From: Phyllosticta citribraziliensis
Taxonomy: Eukaryota
DNA: 64,000 nucleotides
Assembly (NCBI RefSeq): GCF_038025025.1
Contig: NW_027117347.1
Span: 868,001 to 932,000, forward strand
Reading direction: 5' to 3'
Numbering within the stretch: the stretch's first letter is position 1; each line of letters opens with the position of its first letter. Shown piece by piece: positions 36,864 through 49,663 of this stretch. The notes under the pieces are model-generated. The model had not been told where the DNA came from and searched no databases. It worked only from the letters and a program-made list of their open reading frames with translations. Both the position numbers and the translations under genes were made by a program.

Positions 36864-39800
36864 GGTGGTGTTGGTTGGTTGTGGATGTGTTGCGTGCTGA
36901 TGGTGTGGCACCGTCTGAACTTTTGGAGAAGTCGACGAATCTCTGCCTTGGCGGTGTGGCGCGGAGATAAGATAAGAGCACGGACCATATCCGCAAAACA
37001 CCAAGGAAAGAAGACTTCAGCATCCTGCACTTTTTCTCTTCGCAACTCTTCCATGACGTAGCATCAACGAGGACTGTCTTCTTCTCTATCAAATTAGAAC
37101 ATTGTGGTCTTTTTCTCACGGCTACCATCCAAGGTCTGGAGGATTTCGAGGGCGATCATGCTGAAAAGGACCCGTTGAGGGACGCTGAGCAGCTGTAAAA
37201 CTCCAGTCTTCTGTACGAAACTGGATTCGCGTGCCTTTACTTTCTCTTCTCTCACAAAATCCTTGATGTTGAGTCTACACGCCTTGAATGCGTCCACAAT
37301 GTCGGGGACTTTTCGAACACACGGCCTCTAACAGCAAGAATCCAGGGGCCAGCATGCTCGCTACGCCCTAACCCCCCGGGTCTTGAAGCTCTATGCATAA
37401 GAGCTCTTACGCCGCTGGTGGCACCGAAGTCGGCCGCTAAGGGAGTCGTGAAAAAGACAACGGCCCCGAAGGAAAGAGACCTGAGCATTGGAATCTCTGC
37501 CTCTGCCAGACGAGGACCGTTGCAAGCAAACTGGAGGCTTGAGATCAGTTTGACGGTGGGGGAGAACGATCAAGATGTGGAGAAGTCAAGTCGGAGAGAT
37601 ATAGATGTCTCAAGGGCGAGATCGAGAGGGTCCAGCCTCATCCCGTCGGCCGCCGAAGGAATCAGATATGTCCCCCCTTCCCCACAGCTCGATCCCATCT
37701 ATATCCACTTAAAGGGCAACCTGATGAGGACAGCTGCCTATCCAAAACATGACGGACCTCGGCAAGCAACCAAGTCGTGAAACGCGGCCTTTGTGCTGCA
37801 TAAAGCTGCATCCACTCGAGGACACTCTACACCGGTCTATGAAGGGCAACGAAACGTTGACATTTTTTTGTAAGGAGCACCCCGAAACTCGACGCCACGT
37901 CGTCCATCAATGATCATTACATACAAGGCGTATGATATGATACATTAGGAACACGCGCGCTTATCGATGGCCGCACGCAATAGACCCTGCGCGCCACGAG
38001 CGATCGTCATGGAAAAGGGCTTTGCGCCTCGGCAACCTTTCCAGTTGGCCGAACTTTGTGTGTGCAGAGTGAGCATAGTCCTAGCATAGAGGATGTGCAA
38101 ATGTCCAAATTGAGCCCCGGCGGCGGCTAGTCATTGAATGTCCAAGACCAGCAGTGGCAGCGCTAGGAGTGGCACGGTAGAGTGGTGTCTGCAGGATTCT
38201 AGACCGTCGAAACGGCTCATTTAAAATTCGATTTGCGCGGTGCTTTGCTGCTTGCCGAAGGAGTTCTCAGGGGAGCGTATTGTCAAAATTGTGCTCTTTC
38301 AGCACGATTCAAGACGACCACAAAGTCGCCCGAGCCTCGAAGCTTTGATGCGTCCATGGCACTGGACGCATAACAGTTGTTCGGCAAATACGGGGAAGGT
38401 GAGCCGTGGTCGGTGCTGTTGCGAAACTACTCAGCGACGTTCATTCTCGCGAGTTGTCGACCTGAATCAGTGTGGAGGATTTCAAATAGAAGAAGACCAG
38501 AATCCTTGTCTCGGGCCAACGAGAGGACATGACTTCCTTTTGGGAGGATTCTATCTCCGTGCTGCAACAAGACGAAGACGTTTGAAGAGGCTGACGACCC
38601 GCCGCACTGTCCTCCATGTCCACGTGGATGATTCGCAGCTTTGCCCTCGGAGAATTCAGGCGCTCTGGGGTCATGTAAGGAGCGGCCGTTGCAAAGGCCG
38701 GGGTGGGGAAAGAGTTCCAGATAGCTTTGCCCGTTTTCGTTGACTTGGCAGCATCTCGACTTTTTCGTCTTTCGGTAACCTCGTCCCACGACCGACTCCC
38801 TGTCTGTCTGAAAAGTTGTCTCTGATTTCAGGCCTCGGGACATCAAGCAGTACTGAACGTTCGCTTGCGGAGGCATGCCTAAAAAATCGCCCTGCAGATG
38901 GTGTTTCTCCGTGGTCGCCCAGGGTGGAGCACACGGTACAGGCAGCAAGTGGAGAGATTTCTGACACCCTCGGACGGACTTGTCGTGTTGAATTGGTCCG
39001 CGCCGCACCAACAAGGTGCAGAGGTGATGTGCAAAAGGCTTTTAGGTATCGTCTCCTAAACTTCTCCGTTCTCCGGTGATGCAGCGGTGAGGCGGTGAGT
39101 CCACGTTGCACCGTGGAAGGGCCAGCGGCTGTAGCCGAGAGCGTGGGCGGGAGCCGTGATGGGGTATCAAGATTAATCTCTCCCTTTGGGATATTTGGCA
39201 TAGTTGTGGGCGGAATACGGTAGGAGGCGCTCTCACCGAGATTTGGAGAGGGAGAGAGGAAAAAAAAAAAAAAAAAGGGAAATTCAAAGCCACCGCCATC
39301 GAAACGCGGATCGATTGATCGTCGTATCGCACATGTGTATCACCATCGTGCTGCTGCCATGTGCCATCGGTCCACGAAATCGGGATGGATTCCTCCCGCC
39401 GAGGATTGTTTGAACTTTGTTGATGACTGTCTCTAGATGGGCCGTTCAACGGCTTCAACGGAGGAATGTGCAATGTTTGAAGTAGTGAGGATGGTGGTAG
39501 CAATGACGACCCGAGCACAGAAACACAAGGACCGCGGTCGGACATTCAGCAGGGACAAAAGCTGCAGCTGGAGCGGAGGTGGCAGGGGGGGATGGGGCCA
39601 TCTTGATGCCCTTTGGCGCGAATTGCTCAATTTTGTGTAGACACAAGGCTGACTCGAATAGCACTGCAGGCGCGCGTCAGCGGCACGGCAAGCGCATCGA
39701 AAAGGTGGCATCTGGAGCGATGCAACGCAGAGCAGACACAAAGGACGAATAAAGAGTCGGGGGATGGCGAACGGAAGACGAGGTGCGTTTTGCGGAGATG

Positions 39801-42148
39801 GCACCGTGACGTGACGAAGCGAGAGGCGCCAGGGCAGGTTCGGCGGGCGGCAGGGAGCGGCGCGGATCGGGCAGCAGCAAGCGCGGTTCCTGCCTTCTGT
39901 TGGCTTTCAGGGTTACCATGTCTACCCGTACGTCTCTCTCTCTCTCTCTCTCTTCTGGCCAGCTCAACCACGACGTCAACTCTCCCCCACCATCCTCCGT
40001 CTGCTCCACTCGCTCGACCTCGAGTGCCACTGCCGAGCTGCCCAGCCTGCCGACTCCCGACGACGCCATTGTCGGAGCCCGGAGCTGCTTCATTTCACAC
40101 ACACGCCCGCAAGCCCCTCGCACGGCTCCCTAACCCTCATCTCGACAAATGGACCGTTTGGCCTGCGCCTGTGGGCCCGATCGGTTGTGACCCAGCGTCC
40201 AGCTCCTGGCAGCTTCCAGCCCGTTGTAGCGCGGAAGCGCGGATCAAGCTACCGCAGACGCACCATAGCAAGCATCATCGCTGACATCGACTCAGACAAA
40301 CCCCCAACCGCTGCCTGCTGCATGCAAGCCCGTTGGATTTCGGGCCTGCACCCTGCAAAACTAGCCGAAGGACCGTCATACGTGCGGTGCGCTGGTATTT
40401 TGTGGGATGATGGAGAGGCTGCTGCAAATCGGCACAGCACACGCTAACCTGAACATGCAAAGGAATCTCCACCTGCACATACTGTTCGAGCACGGCTAGC
40501 AACTGCAGTGCTGGGACTCAGGAGTGGGAGCGCAAGAAAACAGCACAACATTAGTGAAAGATGTGCATCGAAGGAGAAGAGATCCAATCGAGGGGGTGGA
40601 AAAAAAAAAAAAAAAGAGAGAGAAAAGGTGTCCACTGCAGGACCCATACCGTTCGACCATTTACCCAATGCAGTCGCAAACGAGAAAAAAGCAAAAAGCA
40701 TGAAAACCGGGGACCATGGGCAATGACTTCATCCCTCTTGCGCGTTTCGCATCACCCTGCAGAATTCGCTTCACGACAAGTCGTTTGCCGCAGCGACGGA
40801 GTCGAGGTCTCGCCGGGACACTGCCCACAACAACACCTGCCCGTTCCCATGAAATAGCGGTGCACCTTTTGCACGCTCACCGCCGTCCATCGTCACTCAA
40901 CGTGCCACAATGACACGGAGATCACGGCCTGGCAGGAATGCAACAGGGTCCACTGGTTAAAGTCCCGGTACGGCACTGCTCGCGAGAGCAAGTTACCCAC
41001 CCACCACCGCCCTCTCCGCCATTTCAGCTGCACTCCCTCGTCGCTTAGTCCAGCATTACAAATGCCCCTGCTTTGTGGTCCTCTCCTTGCTCACATCGTC
41101 CTCGCCTCGTCTCGCTATGACCTTCTGGCGACGGCGAATATTGACCCTCAAGCAAGGAGAATGCAGAGAGGAAAAGGAGGCCCCGATAAAGGAGGTGTGC
41201 TGCGTGCTTTCGGTCGGGCGATGACGGACGCCAAACAGCACTTGGTAACGACACAAGTTGATGCTTGACAGATGTCGGAAGATGGCGGGCTGTGGCGTCC
41301 TGCCCGCCTGGCACTGTCTGTGCCGCACTTGCTCTGATCTCAATAAACACGCACACACACATCACTACTGCTACTGCATCGGCAGACGAACACCTACGTG
41401 TTGGCAGCGGTAGGATTCTGACAAAAGTATGTACGAGCTGCAAGCCATGATGCCAGACGGTAGGTGTAGCAGTGGCAGGTAGATCCGCAGCAACGGAACC
41501 AGACCAAAGCCAATAGTGGCCAAGGGGCCGAAAAAAGATGAACAGGTGGATACATACACACCCAGCCCGATGGGCTCCGATATCCGTAGAGGGAGAGGGA
41601 GATGCAGACTGGCGATTGGCTCTCTCGCCGACTTGTTTACTTGTATACCTGCCTACTTCGTACCTACGGTCCAGCACAGCAGACAGCCATCAATCTATCC
41701 ATCCATCTATCTACTATCTGCGCACCCCTACTTTTGCGTGCCCCATCTGACTCGGATACACCCAACTCTCTTGACATAAGCTGGCTGGCTGGCTGACTGA
41801 TGCATGTCAGTCGTCATCTGCGTCTCTCCCTCCCCCCTCCCTCCCTCCCTCCCTCCTTGCCATCCATCCGCTCCGTCTCCCGTCTCCCGTCTCCCGTCTC
41901 CGTCCGCCCGCCCGCCCGCCCCTCCGCTTAATCAAGTGCTCCGAGAACCTTCTTTATAGATGGGTTTAACAGGTACGCGCGTTTCCAACACGTGCACGGG
42001 CAACGCAAATCACGACAAGCCGGGCTTCCGCACACGCAGCACACAGGCCACGGCCCAACCACTCACTCATCAGACGAAACAGTTTTTGAAGTGTTTTAGT
42101 TTGCTTTCCTTTCCCTCAATCTCTCCTGTTGGTGTGTATATGTACAAA

Positions 42149-42170
42149 TGTGTGTGTGTGTGTGTGTGTG
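42149..42170. repeat. (TG)11 microsatellite within an SSR-rich tract downstream of ras2
   Basis: Read directly. Neighbouring short (GGCT)n, (CCCT)n, (CCCG)n and (CCGTCT)n runs occur at about 41780-42260. Confidence 0.9.
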
Positions 42171-44234
42171 ATCTGGCTGGACAGGACAGGACAGACGGTT
42201 GATGGATGGGCTGGCTGGCTGGCTGGATAGGTAAAGTAGGTGGGTAGGTGGGTGGGTGGGATATAGAAAAAAGGGGAAGGAGAAGAAAGAAGACGGAAAG
42301 GAGTAAAAAGAAGAGGTGGGGAAAAAGACGAAGAAGCACTGGTGGGGTTGTTTGAAGCGTGCTGCCTGGCCGTCTTTCTTCTTGCTTGTTGTAGGCTTGC
42401 ACTCGCCTAGTCTGTTTGGTGTGGTGCCGTCCGTTTTGCTGTTGGTTTCTTCTCCAGCGCTTTGTGATTGGCGGTCTATGTGCTCTCGCTCGTCCAGGTG
42501 TCCATGGTGTAGGACTGGTCCGGGCAATTGCCGCTCCTTAAACTGTCTTTTCATCCTGTGCCACAGATTGGCGTCTTGGTCTTGAATAGCGGCTCATCTG
42601 CATGGGATGGACGAGCGAGAGATCGACACCAATGCCCGGGTTCGCAGATGCATGGAGAAGAAGCGAGGCGGTTGATTAGGCGCAGTTTAGTGGTTGGACA
42701 GACATATTTGGCGAGCGCAGTGCAACTGGCTGCAGGCAAGCGCAAACTGCAGTCTGCACAGCGTGTGTGTCGGTGGACAGCAGCAGCAGCGGCGGCGGCA
42801 GCTGTCATGCCGTTTGCGGAACCGCGTGTGGCCTCGGTGGCCCCAGCCTGCTGCAGATAAGACCCCACCCACACCGAACATGTAGACGACCCGTTGTGGA
42901 ATCGCCCCACGCACCATGCCTGCCTGCCACCTTGAGACTGGCACCGGCGATTGTTTGGTGGATGGATGGATGGACGGGTATACGCTGGTGGACAGACGGC
43001 TAAGCGGATGGACGTGCGACGGACCCATGTAGGTCTCTGCGCAGGCAAGCGAGAGCGTGTCGCTCCATCGTCGGCCCCTTCGCTAGGGGCCAACAATGGC
43101 CACGGCAACGTTTGCTCTAACAAGGACGGAATTCCCAGAAGTGGAAGACGTTGCGTCTCCGCGCGTGCGACCAGAGTAAAACCAACCAAATCATGCGCTC
43201 GGAAAGAGGGAGCAAGAAAAAAGAAGAAAGGCAACAAGGGGATTACAAGAAAAAACAAAGCAACAAAAGCCTGCATGAGTCTCATTCAGGCGTTGAATCT
43301 AGAACGGCTATCATCGGCTAAGACAACAAGGTGAAGCGCCTGCACGGAAAGACTGGTTAGGAAAGAGGCACAACGGACAAAACAAATGGTAGAAAATGGA
43401 CACACGAAAACATTGACTGAAACACAAAGCACTTTTTCAAAACGCGCACATGAAGGCGGCGGTAGCTGGTAGCTGGTAGTAGAGAACCACAAAGGGAAGG
43501 AAAAGAAAAGAAGATGGTGAGAATATGTGTGATCGGACAACACCTGACCGCAATGCACCCTCCCAACATGCGACGCCGTGGCAAAAGATAGAGGAAGAGA
43601 AAGAAGAGAATGGGAAGGGGAAGAAGAAGAAGAGATAGAAGAAGAAGAAAGGGAAGAAATCCGGAATTCTCTCGAGAGGAAGAAGCCACCTCGGCGGCTT
43701 GTGCCGTGACATTTGTGTTGTCCCCTTCCCGTTGATAACTCCCTAAACGCCATGTCCCATGCACGTCTCTCTGTGCGACACAAGAGACCCAAGGAAAAGA
43801 AAAGTCCAATGGTTGTTCTGGAGACAAGGTTCGCGCACGTTGGCAGGCCGAATCCGCGTACGGCTTAATCCAAAAGCGAAGTTGAAAAATGGTCCCTCGG
43901 AGGACAAGGGACGCACATTCACGCGTACCAAATCTTCCACTCCATGAAATCCTGTCTGTAGATCGCAAGTCGAAATGGGGTCGACTGCGAAGCTCCGGCT
44001 CGAGGCATGCGGGGCTGGTTTTTGTTGGTTTTTGTGTGCCGTGCTTCGTGGTTGTCGTCATGTTGATGGGCCGGCACAGGTTCGCTCGTCTGCGAAAGTT
44101 GGGTCCATGACGCATCGAAATGAAACGCCATGCGTGCGTCCAAGTCAACCGTGCGCTGGCGGCATGAAGGCGTCGCAGGCTGAGAGGGTCCCCGGCGGTC
44201 GCGTAAACGGAGAGGGCCCTTTGCTGGCGGGCGA

Positions 44235-45015
44235 TTAGAGAATGACGCACTTGGGCTTGTGCTCCTTTCCCCCTCGACCCTTGTCGCGGCCACCGCCTCT
44301 TTGCACTGCGGCAGGCGTCCTCGACTTGCCTCCCTTGGGATCGGAGCTCTTGGATGCCCTTCCAGACTGCTGCCTTTGGCGCCTCAGTTGACGCACGACG
44401 TCGTAAAAGGCCTTTTCGACGTTGACGCAGTTTTTGGCCGAAGCCTCGACAAAATCGCAGCCGAGCTCACGAGCGAGCGCGCTTCCCTCCTGGGTGGAGA
44501 CTTCTCGCTCCGTGACTCGATCGCACTTGTTTCCGACGAGCATTACAGGCGACGGACCGAATGAGCCAGAGCCAGCAGAGGTGGCGCTGAGGGGAGATCC
44601 GGGGTAGGTGGGTGAACCTGAGAAGGCCGACTCCTTGACGCGCTGTATCTGGTGGTGGAACTTTTGTATGCGAGAGAAGGAGGCGCGCGACGAGATGCTG
44701 TAAACCAAGACGAAGCCTTCGCCATCTCTTATCCATTGGTCCCGCAGTGCAGTGTACTCTTCTTGGCCGGCAGTGTCCAGAACCTCCAACATGCACGATT
44801 GGCCGTCGATTTGCACCTGCTTGCGATACGAGTCCTCGATGGTGGGATCATACGTCTCGACAAAGTGGTTCAGGCAGAGCTGCGGCGCGTTAGCGGGAGG
44901 GGAAAGGGAGGAGGGGTTAGGTTGGGAGCGAACGAACCTGGATGGTCAGAGCGGTTTTACCCACACCACCGTCTCCCAGCACCACCAGCTTGTACAAGGT
45001 CATTTTCCCCGCCAT
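44235..45015 (-). CDS. ras2: Ras GTPase, fungal Ras2/RasB type
   Basis: Exons 45015-44938, 44879-44235. [62 protein letters not shown]-terminal CAAX box CVIL. Confidence 0.97.
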
Positions 45016-45182
45016 CTTGTCGGAGTGATGGATGAGCGCAACAAGGGAGGGGTCGAAGCAGAAGGGATGCAGCAGTGAGGGGGCGCGTCGAGGTGTGGAG
45101 GAGGGAGGGGGGGGGGGGGGAGTGGTTGGTGTTTATGTGGCGGAGCGGCTTAGAAGAAAGTCGTCGTGGTTGGCGTCGTGGT

Positions 45183-45227
<45 letters not shown>
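45183..45227. repeat. (CGG)15 trinucleotide repeat upstream of the ras2 ATG
   Basis: 15 perfect CGG units read directly, followed by AGG CGG CAG CGG. Confidence 0.95.
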
Positions 45228-46266
45228 AGGCGGCAGCGGGAGACGTGACGAAAGAAGCTTGGATCCTTGCGTCCAGGTGACAGGTGCACAGCGGGCAGAG
45301 ATGCGGTGCCGGCAGAAGAGGGACTAGTAGTCGGAGCACGAAAAGGCCGCGGCTGAAGGCTGCCACGTGTGGAATGGGCCCAGTTGGGTAGAGTCGGCTT
45401 GCAACGAGGGGCAAGCCGGAGTGGGAAGAGGAGGGTGGAGCGAAGACGGAGAGGGAGAGGAGGAAAAAGAAGAGAGGAGTGGTGAGAGAGGTGACAGGGA
45501 GGAGACGAGACGGGGGGAGGGCGGGGTTGGGCGGTCGGCAGTAGCTTGGTAGGTACAGTAGGTGAAGATGGTGTTGTCTTGGGCGTTGGTGAAGTCGGTC
45601 GGCTAGGGTAGGATGGAGGTTGGGGGCCCAGTTGCAATGGAGGGACTCGACGAGAGGAGAGTGAGCAACGAAGGAGCTGGGCGGTGGGATTAGGGTGAAA
45701 CGAAGGTGAGGAGAGTGGCGTGTAAGTACGACCTTTGGGCGCTGTGCGAGTCGAGAGGATGGCCGTTGTGGGCGGTGGGTGCAGGAGGGAAGATCTGGGC
45801 AGGGCGACACGTGAAAGGGCAAATGGGGACGGGGGGGACGGGGACGGGGACGGGGACGGGGAGCCAGGTGGGAGCAGTGTCCAGTGCGAGGGGAGGGGGC
45901 GCGTCCGCACTGGCCGTCAAGAAATTTTACGAAAGGAGATGTCAAGAGTGGGTAACTACCTTAGCGGACTGGGCTGGAGTGGAGTGGACTGGACGAGGCC
46001 AAGCAAGTGAAGCGAGAGACAATCCCCAGTCATGACAATCCGTCCGTCAGTCAGTCAGTCAGTCGGCAGGCAGGCAGGCGGGCAATCCACATGCAGGCAG
46101 CGCAGAGTGTTGAGGGGCAGGGGCAGACGAAGACGACTGGAGGGCAGAAGGGCAACACGGCCGTTCATTATTGTCATGATCAATTTTGTTATTATCATTT
46201 CGCCAATCCACCACCAGTGCAGTGCAGTCGACGACGGCAGGCAGTGCAGGAGTGCAGCTGGGGCAG

Positions 46267-46339
46267 AGTCAGTCAGTCAGTCAGTCAGTCAGTCCAGGGA
46301 GGCCCAAGGGCAGGGAGCCAGAGCCAGAGAGCCAGAGAG

Positions 46340-46388
<49 letters not shown>

Positions 46389-46430
46389 CAGGGAGCCACC
46401 ACTACCACCACCACTACCACCACCACCACC
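46267..46430. repeat. Compound microsatellite: (AGTC)7, (GAGCCA)9 plus degenerate copies, (CAC/TAC)n
   Basis: AGTC x7 at 46267-46294; GAGCCA x9 at 46337-46390; CAC-rich run to 46430. Confidence 0.9.
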
Positions 46431-47138
46431 GCAGGGAGACAGGGCGCGCTTCCCCGACCCCGCTGTTGGTTATTGATTGGCCTGCCTGACACGACCCTCC
46501 CCGGCCGCCAACCACGCCGCCGGAACGGGGACAAGGAAGCGAAAAGAAAAGGAACAAAAAAAAAAGAAAAAAAAAAGAGAAAAAGAAAAAGAAATCATCG
46601 CCAGCATCTTTGCCTGCCCGCATCTCTCCTGCCTTCCCACACAGCTCCCTGTTCCCAGGCTGGCCGCATGCGCCGCACCGCACGTGATTCTGTTGCGTGT
46701 ACACCTCAGGTACCTCACCTCACGGTACTCTTTTCCGAGCGGGAGGCGGCCCGTCAGCACCTATCGCGCCGGGCCCCGATGAGCGGAGCGCCGCCCGCAC
46801 TGTGCTGCCCTGTATTCATCTCCCTGCTAATATTCACTACACTACCCTTTGATTCTTCATTTCTTGTATATGCTGTGCTCCACGCAGCCCCAACGACGAG
46901 TCTTCTCAACCTCTTCCCCTCGCCCTCTTGCTTGCTCTTCCGTTGCCAAACTCGGACTTGGGTCGGACATGCATGGCTGCTCCACGCGGCCATCGGCTCC
47001 TGCCTGCTGCTCGGCACCGACGCTCCATCCCGCTACCCGTCCCACGCCCCAAGCCGGATGCTGCACTTTCTACCTACCACCCTTCCCCCCCCCCCCTCTG
47101 CATGTACCAAAACACCACACCTCTCCTCTCCCATCCAT

Positions 47139-49663
47139 CTACAGCTTCGCCCGCGATTCCGTCGCCCTGTGCACATGCTTGCCCCGATCCAAAAAATACT
47201 CCTTGACCCTCGCCCGCGCAACCTCGACCGCCTCGACGTCCTCGATCGTCGCCGGCACCTGCACCTCCTTCTCAAACTCGCCGTGCACCGCATTCTCGAC
47301 CAGCTCCTTGAGAACCCGCCGCAGCGTCTTGCCCGACCGCGTCTTTGGAATCATGCCTTTGCCCTGCACCATGCCTCCGAGTCTGGCAATGCTCCCGATT
47401 TGCTCGCGAACCGCCTGCTGCACCTCTGTCTGCAGCCGCGAGTCTGGCACTGCAGACATGCTGGACCCCTGGTGCTTTTGGACCGTCACAAACGCAAACG
47501 GTAGGTGGCCCTTGACTGCGTCTGGCACGCCCACCACACACGCCTCGGCGACCTCTGGGTGCGACGTGATGGCCTGCTCAATCGCTCCTGTTTCCTTGTC
47601 GTCAGTCTCTTTCCTATAATTCCAGCCCCAAAACACTCACCAGTGCTGAATCTGTGGGCCGCCACGTTGATCATGTCGTCGGACCGCGACATGACATGGA
47701 CATAACCGTCCTCATCCAAGATGCCTGCGTCGCCCGTGTCGATCCAACGACCATCAAACCGCTTCAAATACCCTTTGTAGAACCTGTGGTCGTCCTGCCA
47801 CAGCGTAGTCATCCCCGACGGCGCCAGCGGCATCCCAAGCACCAAGTTGCCCATCTGCCCTCGCGCCACCTCGTCGCCCGCCTCGTCGACCACCCTGACG
47901 TCAAACCCAGGCATGGGCTTGCCCGCCGAGCCCGCTCGAATCGGCAGTGGCTTGCTCCCGTCGCCCGCGTTCAAGGCCAGCCCCGAAATAGGCGACCCGG
48001 ACTCGGAGCTCCACCAGTTGTCGTTGACCGTCGCCCGTGGCGCGCAGTATCTTGCTAGCAGCCGCTGGTACATATCAACGATGCTGGGCTCGCTCCTCTC
48101 GCCAGCCAGGAACAGAGAGGTCAGGCTGCGCAGCCCGCCGCGCCGTCCCACGCGCTCCAAGAACGCATTGTCGCCGTCCTCGCGCCGGATCGCCCGCAGT
48201 GCCGTCGGTGCCGTGAACATGGTCTTGACCTTGTACTCCTCGGCGATGCGCCAGAAGGTGCCGGCGTCGGGCGTGCCCACGGGCTTGCCTTCGAACAGCA
48301 CTGTTGTGGCGCCCGCCAGCAGCGGCCCGTAGACTATGTAAGAATGTCCAACTACCCAGCCAATGTCGGACGCGCAAAACATGACATCGCCTGGCTTCAG
48401 GCCGAACATGTAGTGCATGGAAAAGTCGAGTCCTACAGCGTGGCCGCCTGCCTGCCGTAGAACGCCCTTGGGCGAGCCCGTCGTGCCTGTGATGCTGGTA
48501 AGTAATTTTGATTTTGCACATAGTGGCAGCAGACGTGATGGACAAGTCACTCCACACTCCAGTCTAAACCCTCCCTGTATCCGTCGGAGTCATGGGTGAA
48601 ATGACGCCCCCATGATTACTCCTGGAATAAGTGAAGACATTCTCGCAGACTCTTGTGGAAGAACAGACGAAGTCTTCTGACCGCAGACACCACCTAGCTG
48701 CCAACAAAAAGAAAGTCAAGCACTCACCACTGGTGTAAATAACATACAACCCCTCCCCACTCCCCACAGGCACCGCAGCCGCCCTAACCCCCCTATTCCT
48801 AGCACTCTTAACGCACCTCTGCCAATTCCTCTGGCCCGCCATCTTATCCACCGGATCCCATCTCAGTTCACTCCTCTGCCACACGAGCACCTTGTCCGGC
48901 TTGTACTCGCAACGCGCGAGCGCGCCCTCGACCAGCGGCTGGTACGACAACGGGCCCTTGGCGCCCTCGATGCCGCACGAGGCCGTCAGGATGGCGCGAG
49001 GCCGCGACGCTGCGATGCGCTGCGCGAGCGACGACGCGCTGAAGCCGCCGAAGACGACGGCGTGCAGGGCTCCGAGGCGCGCCGTGGCGAGCATGGCGAC
49101 GAGCGCGGCGGGGATCATGGGCACTGTGTTTGCGAGGCGGGCATCAGCAAAGGAAGACCAAAGCAGACCAAGACCACCACGGATGGGACAAGAGGGACGA
49201 GTAGGAAAATTGGTCGTTGGTTGGACGCACTGTACACGACAACGACGTCGCCCTTCCGCACGCCCTCCTCTCTCAGTGCGCCCGCCAGCACCTCCACCTC
49301 GTCCAGCAGCGCCGCGTACGTGATGCGCTCTTTCGCGCCGCCCGCGACGGGCGAGTCCCATATCACCGCCACGTCGTCGCCGCGCCCCGCTGCAACGTGC
49401 CGGTCGACGCAGTTGTAGCTCGTGTTGAGCTGCCCGTCGGGGAACCACGTCCAGTGCGGGTGCGTTATCGACGCTGTCGAAGAGGAGGAGGACGACGACG
49501 ACGACGATGAGGCCGCCGGCGCATCCAGCGTCTTGCGTCCCAGAGACAGCGCGGAGCGCGGCGCCACGTCCCAGTGCAGGTGCGCCGCTTGCGCCAGCCA
49601 GAAGCGCTCGCGGTCTGCGAGGGAGCGCGCGTGCGTCGTTTCTTGCGCGTGTTGCGGGCTCAT
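47139..49663 (-). CDS. pcsA: Propionyl-CoA synthetase-like acyl-CoA ligase (PrpE/ACSS3 type) with PTS1
   Basis: Exons 49663-49231, 49123-48728, 48486-47641, 47587-47139. WFPDGQLNTSYNCVDRHV, IYTSGTTGSPKG, ASDIGWVVGHSY, DNWWSSESG, DTGDAG, PKTRSGK. Ends in -AKL. Confidence 0.9.

Noticed and set aside
37721..37748. Hammerhead-like CTGATGA-GGA...TCC-AAAAC (similar CTGATGA at 51904)
   Set aside because: The invariant GAAA after stem II is missing, and I found no stems I or III.
44957..47504. Long ORFs (317, 270 and 490 aa) upstream of ras2
   Set aside because: Built from microsatellites and purine/pyrimidine tracts (poly-R, SQ and T repeats); no domain, and starts are mostly non-ATG.
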